IMG/VR virus record: IMGVR_UViG_3300005670_000019
Source of the DNA: a virus
Taxonomy: Duplodnaviria > Caudoviricetes
Strand: one strand, 5' to 3'
Length of the DNA: 64,000 bases
The translations under genes and the position numbers were made by a program. Positions 54,290-62,217 of the stretch are shown here, piece after piece; position 1 is the first letter of the stretch, and every line of letters begins with the position of its first letter. The notes under the pieces are model-generated. The model searched no databases, was not told the DNA's origin, and saw only the letters and a program-made list of their open reading frames with translations.

Positions 54290-54845
54290 TAAATGCGGTT
54301 CGTCCTAATTTTACTTAGGTACGTTTGTCCGCGTGCCTTGATCTCAAAAGCTTGCTTTGCTTTCAAGATTGACAAGGAAAAATGTAGCCCTAAAGGTTTC
54401 TCGGCTTACAACCCGAGGTTTCCCTTTCTTCTCCTGCCAGAGAAGGCTCAAGTTTTGGCAGAAACTTGAACAAGAGCGCAGTTTGGAGCGGCAATCCATA
54501 GCTTAGTTTGTACGCTGCATGCAAAGATGCAGACCGCCTTTGGATTTTATCTCAACTTAGACCGCGAAAATTTAGGCTTGGTTGTCTTTTCGTAGGACGT
54601 CAGTCTTTGTTAGGCTACAAACCGTAGCTACCTACTACTAAGGGTTGGTCAACCGGGCAACTATGAAAACAAGTTCCTGACGATGTTTTCATTAGTACCT
54701 ATTTTCAGTCCGAGCCTCCAGACAATTTCTGTATAAATCCCTTGTCGCCTGGTCTGCGACGCTGCCCTACAATTGATGGGGTCGGGCGTGCCTCTCTACA
54801 CTAAAGGTATTTACACTTCCGAACAGATGCTTGCATCTGTTGAAT
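54290..54845 (-). ncRNA. Candidate large structured ncRNA
   Basis: About 550 nt with no ORF in the track, many short hairpins, inside the tRNA array. Confidence 0.45.
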
Positions 54846-54852
54846 AAAGCGA

Positions 54853-54984
54853 AGCAAACTGCGGAATCCGAGTCCACACCTTTCGCCCAAGGCTTATCAC
54901 TACGATACCTGACTTTCCGAAGAAAGCTTCATCTATGATATCCTTGAATAGAGGCGAATGTTCTGCCAGTTGAACTAAGTTCGC
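54853..54984 (-). ncRNA. tRNA scaffold with the anticodon loop replaced by a long hairpin
   Basis: GCGAACT/AGTTTGC acceptor, GTTC/GAAC D arm, and a TTCGCC/GGCGAA stem holding about 60 nt capped by a cUUCGg loop. Confidence 0.65.
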
Positions 54985-55503
54985 TTCAAACTTATTGGAG
55001 TTTTACTCCTTGAAATGAGGACAAACTCTGTTTAGCACTTAAACACACTAATTCTAGCTATCGTTGCATACGTCATCGCACTATTGCAGCTCGCGATGCT
55101 TCTCTGATAAATCACGCGAGTTATGTTTGTCCTCATTTCGAGGAGATAGATGCATTCTGCTACTGCCAGCAAAGGCATTCCACAGAGGATCTATTCTCCA
55201 GAACTTTCTCGTATTTAGTTTTCAACGCCCGAAGGGCAGTATAACCTGCTCACGCCGGGGCGGCTATTGCAGGTTGAAATTTGGTGCCCCGTTTCGCCGG
55301 GGCGACGCGCTGTTTCTTGTTTGGGGTAAGTCGACCTTGCCCATTCAAGCGGCGGCTCCATGTAGCCGGAGATATGTGTGAGTTAGGCTTACGTTTCCGT
55401 CAGCCGCTCACTCGATATCCCTTCATTCTTTTACTCTAGCAGGTCCGAAGACCATTTTCAACCAATGTCGGTCGATTTTTTTGAGTGCTTTTTAGCACGA
55501 AAT

Positions 55504-55577
55504 TGGTGGGCGACCATGGACTTGCACCACGACCTTCCCCATTTACGCGGGGGACGCACTGTTTATACTAGACGCCC
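55504..55577 (-). pseudogene. Atypical tRNA with a 9 nt anticodon loop
   Basis: GGGCGTC/GTCGCCC-A-CCA; TCCCC-CGCGTAAAT-GGGGA. Confidence 0.55.
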
Positions 55578-55722
55578 GAAATATGAGGAATTTGCTCCCA
55601 ATTACATCACGTATTTAGCGCGGTTCTGCAAAAGGCTAAATTACGCTTGGATTCGAACCAAGACTTTCCCCAAAAAAACTTTTTTTCAACCGGGAGGCTT
55701 CCTTGCCGTCCTCGATGATTTC

Positions 55723-55751
55723 AATATAACAGACCCCGAGAGGATTTTCAA
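55723..55751 (-). promoter_or_regulatory. Internal sigma70-type promoter in the RNA array
   Basis: TTGAAA-N17-TATATT with extended TG. Confidence 0.75.
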
Positions 55752-55885
55752 GGAATGGTCAAAACTTTCTCTAAGTCCTTGATTTCCTTGAGAAATCCCA
55801 AATTTCGAACTGTCCTAATTTGGGGACAAGTGGTATCGTTCATGATACCACTCCAGTAGGACTATATTCCAGTCCTGTTGTAATT

Positions 55886-55962
55886 TGGTCAGAACGAAAG
55901 GATTTCAACCTTTATCCTCAGCCCATCCGGGCTGTGCTCTGGCGAATTGGAGCTACATTCTG
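55886..55962 (-). pseudogene. Pro-like tRNA body with a collapsed anticodon loop
   Basis: CAGAATG/CGTTCTG-A-CCA; CAGCCC-GGAT-GGGCTG. Confidence 0.6.
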
Positions 55963-55989
55963 CTAGAATCTATTTCTTTAGGTTCGAAA

Positions 55990-56065
55990 TGGTGTGCCAG
56001 GCGGGTTACGATCCCGTCTTACCTCGGGTCACAGCCGAGTATCTCTCCATTTGATTTCAGGCACC
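55990..56065 (-). tRNA. tRNA-His(GUG)
   Basis: CTCGG-CT-GTG-AC-CCGAG; G-1; CCA encoded. Confidence 0.85.
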
Positions 56066-56092
56066 ATAGCATGTTCAAAGACATGCAAAAAT

Positions 56093-56172
56093 TGGTCAGG
56101 GTAGCAGGGTTCGAACCTGCACGATATTCTCCGCTCCAAACGGAGTCGCCTTCCAAAATGGCGCTTACCCTG
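56093..56172 (-). tRNA. tRNA-Pro(UGG)
   Basis: CTCCG-TT-TGG-AG-CGGAG; CCA encoded. Confidence 0.88.
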
Positions 56173-56228
56173 ATAAAGTAATCATGTCATCACAGCCTGC
56201 TCGGAGTGTTGCTTTGATTACTTTTGAT

Positions 56229-56306
56229 TGGTGTTACTGGAGGGATTCGAACCTTCAACCTACCGCGTATCAGACGGTTGCTCCAACCAGATTGAGCTAC
56301 AGTAAC
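56229..56306 (-). tRNA. tRNA-Ile(GAU)
   Basis: ACCGT-CT-GAT-AC-GCGGT; CCA encoded. Confidence 0.88.
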
Positions 56307-56938
56307 ATATTTTATTGTGCTTATGCGCATGGTCATTGTCATCGAGCGAGAACCCTGTGAGTTCATCAACCTGTCATTTCAGGTACCTTGCACAATATTC
56401 ATTTTTTCCTGTTGTGTAAGTCGAGGCATCACCGGACCTCGGGAAATTAATCCACCCTGTGATTTCAGGGAATGCTTCTACACAACTTAACTTGTTTGGT
56501 TTTTTTCGCTTGCCTTCAAATGGCTCGTCCCAAAAACTCCCACAAATTTTAATTTGGTGGCTGTTCTAACAGATCAAAACAGAAGAAAGGTGCTTTTGCA
56601 GTTCTTCACGTCAGGTTGCTACTCTCCAGCCATGTCAAGCCTACTTTACTTTCGACCGTGGGCTTTCACGAAATCTTATTCACGCAATCATTCCGATTGG
56701 GAATCCACTTTTCGCGATTCCCAACATTCGGTCCTTACAAAGGGCATGAAATGTCTTCATAGCTTGAGGCGTCTCGGACTGTCCGATTGAAAGCTTTCCG
56801 ATTGTTTGCATGTAAACTTTTGCAAACTCATTATCTGGCAGTTGCAGAATTTGCTTTGCAAATTCTTCTACCGACTTTTCCGTGGAATCACAATCAATTT
56901 CGATGTTCATTATCTAATCCTTTTTAGAGGGTTTTTAG

Positions 56939-57013
56939 TGGTCGGAGAGACAGGGATCGAACCTGCGACTTCCTGCTCCCAAAGCAGGCGCACTACCGCT
57001 GTGCTACTCTCCG
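56939..57013 (-). tRNA. tRNA-Pro(UGG), second copy
   Basis: CCTGC-TT-TGG-GA-GCAGG; CCA encoded. Confidence 0.93.
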
Positions 57014-57121
57014 ATTGTTTGTGTTGGAATTTGACCGTGCAACACCTCGGTTACTCCGATATTATTTCACCGCCAGAGCTTGCAGAAATAGTAGGCTTAC
57101 GACCACCCTACTGTTAGGAGT

Positions 57122-57197
57122 TGGTCCTTGCGACTGGTAACGATCCAGTTCCTCTTGCTCTTCAGGCAAGCGTGCTGACCATCAACACTACACAAGG
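57122..57197 (-). tRNA. tRNA-Phe(GAA)
   Basis: CTTGC-CT-GAA-GA-GCAAG; CCA encoded. Confidence 0.88.
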
Positions 57198-57500
57198 ATA
57201 TTTTATGCTATCTTTTCGAACAATCCCCATTTCAGGAGATCAAAGAAGTTTTCTTTGTGGTAAGTCACCACTTCATATAGCTTGAAGATTGAATCATCTG
57301 ATTGAAGAACCCGAAACTTCAAAGCGTTTGAAAGAACTTGCTCCAAAACAAGAACGTTGTTTGAATTATGCGCTACAAAAACTCTTCGAAACAAGGTTCC
57401 TTCTTCAAGATTCTCCATCATAGAGTTTAATTCTTCCATCATTTAAATCCAGTATGAAGTTTCGAGAAGAATAAGTGAAAAGTTTGCCGAACGGATATTT

Positions 57501-57576
57501 TGGCGTCTCCATTAGGATTTGAACCTAAAACTTCAACTTAGGAGGCTGAGGTGATATCCAGTTTCACCATGAAGAC
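57501..57576 (-). tRNA. tRNA-Arg(CCU)
   Basis: TCAGC-CT-CCT-AA-GTTGA; CCA encoded. Confidence 0.9.
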
Positions 57577-57578
57577 AT

Positions 57579-57803
57579 TTATTTGGTACCCGGTGAGGAT
57601 TTCGAAACCCCGACCTTCACCTTGTAAGGGTGTTGCTCTGCCTCTGAGCTAACCGGGCATGACTTGACAATTTCTTTGATTGTTGGTAAACAACCTCCGC
57701 AAACTGTTCCTGCTTCTGTTTGTTTGCACACTTCGACAACCTTACAAGGTAAGGTTTCTTTGATTTGGGCACAGTTGATTGCTTTGCATAAACACACAAT
57801 CAT
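57579..57803 (-). CDS. Bfd-like [2Fe-2S] ferredoxin whose frame reads through tRNA-Val
   Basis: MIVCLC...AGTVCGGC, the BFD-like CxC...CxxC pattern. Confidence 0.65.
   Translation of the reverse strand: MIVCLCKAINCAQIKETLPCKVVEVCKQTEAGTVCGGCLPTIKEIVKSCPVSSEAEQHPYKVKVGVSKSSPGTK
57584..57658 (-). tRNA. tRNA-Val(UAC)
   Basis: CACC-CT-TAC-AA-GGTG; CCA encoded. Confidence 0.9.
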
Positions 57804-57817
57804 ATTGAACCTAAATA

Positions 57818-57891
57818 TGGCACGTCGAGCTGGACTTGAACCAACATCTAACGGGTTTGGAATCCGTTGTTTTTCCTTAAACTACCGACGT
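57818..57891 (-). tRNA. tRNA-Trp(CCA)
   Basis: ACGGA-TT-CCA-AA-CCCGT; CCA encoded. Confidence 0.88.
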
Positions 57892-58128
57892 ATACTTTAC
57901 CACCTAACAACTGCAATCTGTCTCTCTTCAAATTGAAGAGTTGAAGTTTCAATTCCACAGCTCCTTAGATAGGACTTTGCTTGTTCGACTTGCCCAGGTT
58001 CAATCAAAAGCTTGAGCCCATGTGCATTTCTTCCAATACCATGAAACCATGATTGGTTTTGACAGAAATTGACAATTGCTTGTTTGGTCATTTATTTCTC
58101 TAACTAACGACTCTATATGAGTCAAAAA

Positions 58129-58202
58129 TGGCGACGCTAAACGGACTTGAACCGATATCCAACTCCTAGACAGGGAGGTGCATTACATTATGCTATAACG
58201 CC
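58129..58202 (-). tRNA. tRNA-Asp(GUC)
   Basis: CTCC-CT-GTC-TA-GGAG; G73; CCA encoded. Confidence 0.85.
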
Positions 58203-58262
58203 AATCTCTTACCTTCACAGTATCACAGTGAAACGGAAGTTTCAAGCGATGCTTGAAGATTT

Positions 58263-58339
58263 TGGTGAACGAGGTGAGAGTTGAACCCACATCCCATAGC
58301 TTCTGAGGCTATGCGCTCTTCCTGTTGGCGTACTCGTCC
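58263..58339 (-). tRNA. tRNA with a CAG (Leu) anticodon on a short-variable-loop body
   Basis: ATAGC-CT-CAG-AA-GCTAT; 5 nt variable loop; CCA encoded. Confidence 0.75.
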
Positions 58340-58407
58340 ATCAACAATCTAACCACATTCAAAATTGCATCTAAAGATGGGTCATTTGACTTTGATCAGA
58401 TTTATAG

Positions 58408-58484
58408 TTGGCATTCCCGAACGGACTCGAACCGATACCTTCACCTTGAGAGGGTGACCACCTAACCATTAGTAAGACGGGAAC
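58408..58484 (-). tRNA. tRNA-Glu(CUC), first tRNA of the array
   Basis: TCACC-CT-CTC-AA-GGTGA; CCA encoded. Confidence 0.9.
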
Positions 58485-58495
58485 AAAAAGAAACG

Positions 58496-58511
58496 TATTC
58501 AGTTGTCAAAG
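58496..58511 (-). promoter_or_regulatory. rRNA-leader boxA-like element
   Basis: CTTTGACAACTGAATA; near copy TTTGAAAACTGAATA at 52876-52890. Confidence 0.5.
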
Positions 58512-58512
58512 T

Positions 58513-58552
58513 AGAAACGAAAAACCCTCCGAGCTTTTGCTGGAGGGTTGCT
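58513..58552 (-). terminator. Conditional intrinsic terminator (attenuator)
   Basis: CCCTCC-AGC-AAAA-GCT-C-GGAGGG followed by TTTTTCGTTTCT; its 5' arm also pairs with GAGGGTTGCT at 58587-58578. Confidence 0.8.
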
Positions 58553-58585
58553 ACACTTCTATACACACACTAATATAAGCAACCC

Positions 58586-58675
58586 TCAAATGTCATCAAT
58601 AAACGCAGGCAAGTATCCCTCGACGAGGCTTACTTCGCGTTTTGTTGACCAATCATTTTGATGTATGTTACTCAT
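58586..58675 (-). CDS. Putative attenuator leader peptide MSNIHQNDWSTKREVSLVEGYLPAFIDDI
   Basis: 29 codons, 19 amino acids, 27 distinct codons; the stop codon overlaps the antiterminator strand. Confidence 0.7.
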   Translation of the reverse strand: MSNIHQNDWSTKREVSLVEGYLPAFIDDI

Positions 58676-58693
58676 ACTAATTCTTGTACTTAC

Positions 58694-58700
58694 TAAATAG
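58694..58700 (-). promoter_or_regulatory. Candidate phage-specific promoter motif CTATTTA
   Basis: The same heptamer precedes the portal (648-654), the ORF at 13784, the ORF at 18495 and the terminase operon (62633-62639). Confidence 0.5.
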
Positions 58701-58760
58701 TAAGTTGTATAGTTTTTCCCACCAGCGGGAGTCGTTTTTTCTATCTACAACCACTATACC

Positions 58761-60098
58761 CTATTGGCTCCAGAATTTCAAGGGTTGTAGCTGTGGTTGT
58801 AGTTGGGTCATGTGAGCTTCCTCACTTGCAGTCACAGGTCCCAATTTTGAAACGAAATTCTTTATCCAGCGTTGATAGATTGATGACTTATCATCATTCT
58901 TCTTCAATTCTTGACGTCTTGCTTGAACAATTGAAACAAAATTCTCAATTGAATAACGCAGTATTGTTGGGTCTGATGAAATCATGCAAAGACCTGCTAA
59001 TGCTTGGTCGTCGTCTCCCGTAGCGATTGCATAATCAATCAAAAAATAAAGAAGAATGTGTTCAAGTCTAGAGTTTAATTGAGAACCATCATAGGAGTTT
59101 TTTGAATGTTCAAACTCTTTCTTAATTTTATCTGTTGTCATATTCTTGACAACAAATTCATAAATTTGATTTTTATCCTTTTCCGGCAAGGTCATGTGGC
59201 GGTCGACATGCTTGGAAAACCTTTTCGCAAATGCTTGCGGATGATTTCCGGAAATTCTCGTAAAGACCATTTCCCTTTTTTCAATGACTTCGGAGAAATC
59301 CTTATGATAAAGGATTTTATCCTTGGTGAAACCAATCATTGAAGATTTCAAATCAAACATTGATAAAATTTCTTCAAACGAAGCTTCGTTATGTACCCCG
59401 GTGATAAACTGCAAAATAACAGGCTTTTGTTTGAATGTGTTGGTCATTATCTGAATTGTAATTGCGGTGCTTGTAACCCTTACAACTTCAAGACCAAACC
59501 TTATTGTTCCGTCATGACTCCCCAAGCTCGGTGGAATGTCCTTTCCACTTACACTAACAGGAAAGATTGGAGCATTCCAATACTTGATTTCCAATTGATT
59601 TAATTGATGAATCAAACTGTACAAGGTTTTCATTCCCTTGATAATCTCTTCATCTTCATAAAAGAAGAGATCATAATCAGTATCTTCTATAGAAGTTTTG
59701 CTTGAAATCCTGCTCAAACTTCCACCTGCCCACATGGCATTTGAGTTTTGCAAAACTTGCATCAAAATAGGGAAAATATTCAAACTGTTTGGAATACGTT
59801 CTTTTCCAAAGAGAAGAATTTTCAATTGTTCATGACTCATCAACCTAAAGTTGAATGGATTTGGATTTTCAAATCCATACATTGGGTGAACAAAAAATTT
59901 CGTTGAAATGAAATGTCGTAGTCGCGAAATGGCAACATCCTCTGTTTCAGAGGAATGATCCAGAGATAAAATCTCGTTTTCATTTACAGGATTGATTTCA
60001 ATGAAATCCTTTTCCAGGGAAAGTTGGTTTTTAGCCTCTTCTAGAAGTTTGAAGTTTTTCTTTGCTTCTAGAAGATGTAGATTGTCAACGTTACTCAT
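58761..60098 (-). CDS. Putative Pol-beta-superfamily nucleotidyltransferase
   Basis: WAGGS...DYDLFF and LSMFDL motifs. Confidence 0.55.
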   Translation of the reverse strand: MSNVDNLHLLEAKKNFKLLEEAKNQLSLEKDFIEINPVNENEILSLDHSSETEDVAISRLRHFISTKFFVHPMYGFENPNPFNFRLMSHEQLKILLFGKERIPNSLNIFPILMQVLQNSNAMWAGGSLSRISSKTSIEDTDYDLFFYEDEEIIKGMKTLYSLIHQLNQLEIKYWNAPIFPVSVSGKDIPPSLGSHDGTIRFGLEVVRVTSTAITIQIMTNTFKQKPVILQFITGVHNEASFEEILSMFDLKSSMIGFTKDKILYHKDFSEVIEKREMVFTRISGNHPQAFAKRFSKHVDRHMTLPEKDKNQIYEFVVKNMTTDKIKKEFEHSKNSYDGSQLNSRLEHILLYFLIDYAIATGDDDQALAGLCMISSDPTILRYSIENFVSIVQARRQELKKNDDKSSIYQRWIKNFVSKLGPVTASEEAHMTQLQPQLQPLKFWSQ

Positions 60099-60502
60099 AG
60101 ACTAAGAACTCCAAACTCATTATCACTAATGCTGTAGTATGCTCGCTTAATTCCGTAGCTCTTCAAAACCTCTTCGCAAATTGGACAAGGGCGAGCCAAT
60201 CCAAGCTCACCAAGAGGAGAGTTAGAAGAACGAAGTCGAACAACAAAAATCTTTGAACCTCGAAGGTCAGTCTTAGAACGAACCTTCAAAATAGCATCTT
60301 GTTCTGCGTGAGTAGTTTCACAATACTCATGCTTTGCGATCTTTTGATAATGCCTTACAAAGGCATTCGTTCCAGACTTGTTATATCCGACAGAAAGCAC
60401 ACGTCCACCCTTGACAATAATAGCACAAACATGGTGCTCCAAATATTCATCAAAGGTATGTTGGTCACCAAAACTCTTGGCGAGAAGTAGGTACTTGTGC
60501 AT
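60095..60502 (-). CDS. Zn-dependent cytidine/dCMP deaminase-family protein
   Basis: HAE and PCPIC motifs. Confidence 0.85.
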   Translation of the reverse strand: MHKYLLLAKSFGDQHTFDEYLEHHVCAIIVKGGRVLSVGYNKSGTNAFVRHYQKIAKHEYCETTHAEQDAILKVRSKTDLRGSKIFVVRLRSSNSPLGELGLARPCPICEEVLKSYGIKRAYYSISDNEFGVLSL

Positions 60503-60555
60503 GATAGATCAATTATGCACCGAATTTTGGAATATTTCAAGGATAATTTCAAAAG

Positions 60556-62217
60556 TCAGTCATCTAACCATCCCCATGGATTTTGCCAATGAGGTGTTCG
60601 GGTAGAATTCATAACTCTACTATCTGTTGAAGACCCACCAAAATGCCCAGCATTTGAAGGATTTGTTGAATGCGCAGCTCCCCATCCTGATGTTGACTTT
60701 TGGGTTTCAAAAGTTTTGACTGTTGTTTGGTTTACGGACATGGCAGCAATCATAGCTCTAGCAAGTTCTGCGCTGCTATCAAAGTTTTGGTCACCTTGTG
60801 GGTCGAAAAACAAGAGAGTAATTGCAAGGGACATGACAAGGTCGTCGTTGTAACCTTTCATAGCTTGCGCCTTATTGTTATGCCAAATGAATGTTTTCAA
60901 CTCTTCAACAAAGCGTCCGGAATATATCTTTAGCGTTTTCGTTCTGAGTGCTTGTTCAAGTTTTACAAGTCCTTCATTTCTGGATTTTACACTCATCATC
61001 AAACCTGGGGTGTATGGTTCGACATCAATATCACTAAGCCATTTGGTTCCCATCAAAACTTCTTTTGAGAACTTCTCATAAAATACTTTTGGGTACTTCA
61101 ATCTTTTCAGTTCAAGATTTGTTGCGATTCCACCACCTTGTTGTTCAGCAATGATGACAGCGTTATTGTATTTTCCACCAATGTCAGCAAGAAGTCTTCC
61201 GAAATCATCAGCAGGAAGTTGTCCCTTGAATTCACAAACAACTTCACTTTCATCCATATCAATAACATAAAAAGAAGAGAAGTCCTCACCATCACCACGA
61301 GCGACGTCTGCTCCAATGATGTATTTGTGATTTGGAACTTGATATCTCCAGATCCACACGTTTTGATTTGGACCATATGTTGCGAGTGGTGGTCGAATAC
61401 TTTTCTCTAACCAAGAAACTTGTTCTTCATCAACAAATCCATTTCCAGAACCCTCAAACTTACAAAGAAGCTCTGAGTTGATACCTCTTTGAGAACCGAT
61501 AGCTCTTGATTGTTCTTCGAACCATTTCTCATTATGTTCTGGATGAACAAACCAAGGAAGTTCAATGGGATAGAAATCATTCGTCTTGTCTTGAGCTCCG
61601 ACCCAAATCTTATGGAAACGCGTTCCTACACCAGAAGGTGATGAAATCAAAATAACATCTCCTCCGGTAGATAACGTTGGTTGAAGACCGATCCAAAGGT
61701 CTTCAAAATCTGCAATCCAGCCCGCCTCATCAATAATCAAAAGAGATACGGCTTCGCCTCGACCTGCATCAGGAGAAGTTGGAATAGCGTGAATCTTTGA
61801 ACCATTGTCGAACTCAAGTGATTTGTTTGTTTCACTCGTGATGTTTGGAACAACCAACCATGATGGAAGAGACTTGAACATTCCCTTTACTTTTCTAACG
61901 AAAAGCTGTGCTGTTGAAAGTTTGGTAGCGATAACAAGAACGTTCTTTTCTCGTTGAAAAATAGCCATCCAAAGTGAGTAAGCAGCAGCAAGAGTAGAAA
62001 GTCCAAGCTGACGACTTTTGTTTGTGATAACGTGATTGTTGTTCAAGAAAGCTTGCAAACAATCGATCTGATATGGAAACAATTCAAAAGGAATTGAGCC
62101 TTTTGTTGGGTGAGAAATTTTTACGTATTTCTCAATGAAATATACAGGATCAGAACCACATCGAATGATTTCATTCAAATGTTCTTTTCTTGTTTGATTG
62201 ATTTTCGGTCGCTTCAC
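60556..62217 (-). CDS. Terminase large subunit (T4 gp17-like)
   Basis: KSRQLGLST Walker A, LLIIDEA Walker B, ISSP, IGADVARG and DDLVMS. Confidence 0.95.
   Translation of the reverse strand: MKRPKINQTRKEHLNEIIRCGSDPVYFIEKYVKISHPTKGSIPFELFPYQIDCLQAFLNNNHVITNKSRQLGLSTLAAAYSLWMAIFQREKNVLVIATKLSTAQLFVRKVKGMFKSLPSWLVVPNITSETNKSLEFDNGSKIHAIPTSPDAGRGEAVSLLIIDEAGWIADFEDLWIGLQPTLSTGGDVILISSPSGVGTRFHKIWVGAQDKTNDFYPIELPWFVHPEHNEKWFEEQSRAIGSQRGINSELLCKFEGSGNGFVDEEQVSWLEKSIRPPLATYGPNQNVWIWRYQVPNHKYIIGADVARGDGEDFSSFYVIDMDESEVVCEFKGQLPADDFGRLLADIGGKYNNAVIIAEQQGGGIATNLELKRLKYPKVFYEKFSKEVLMGTKWLSDIDVEPYTPGLMMSVKSRNEGLVKLEQALRTKTLKIYSGRFVEELKTFIWHNNKAQAMKGYNDDLVMSLAITLLFFDPQGDQNFDSSAELARAMIAAMSVNQTTVKTFETQKSTSGWGAAHSTNPSNAGHFGGSSTDSRVMNSTRTPHWQNPWGWLDD

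Noticed and set aside
54853-54984. Amber suppressor tRNA (CT-CTA follows the anticodon stem)
   Set aside because: Position 37 would be U, the loop is not 7 nt, and no splice motif was identified.
55190-55215. RNase P RNA (GAGAAAGTTC resembles GAGGAAAGTCC)
   Set aside because: Imperfect match and no complementary 3' P4 strand found.
56555-56631. tRNA (GGCTG...CAGCC-ACCA)
   Set aside because: Only a 5 bp end match, with no D, anticodon or T arm.
45931-57936. Plus-strand ORFs overlapping tRNAs (e.g. 45931, 47283, 48251, 55885, 56806)
   Set aside because: Antisense shadows of tRNA genes with no RBS or protein motifs.
58513-58700. T-box riboswitch
   Set aside because: No UGGNACC T-box bulge or stem I motifs; the leader ORF explains the structure better.
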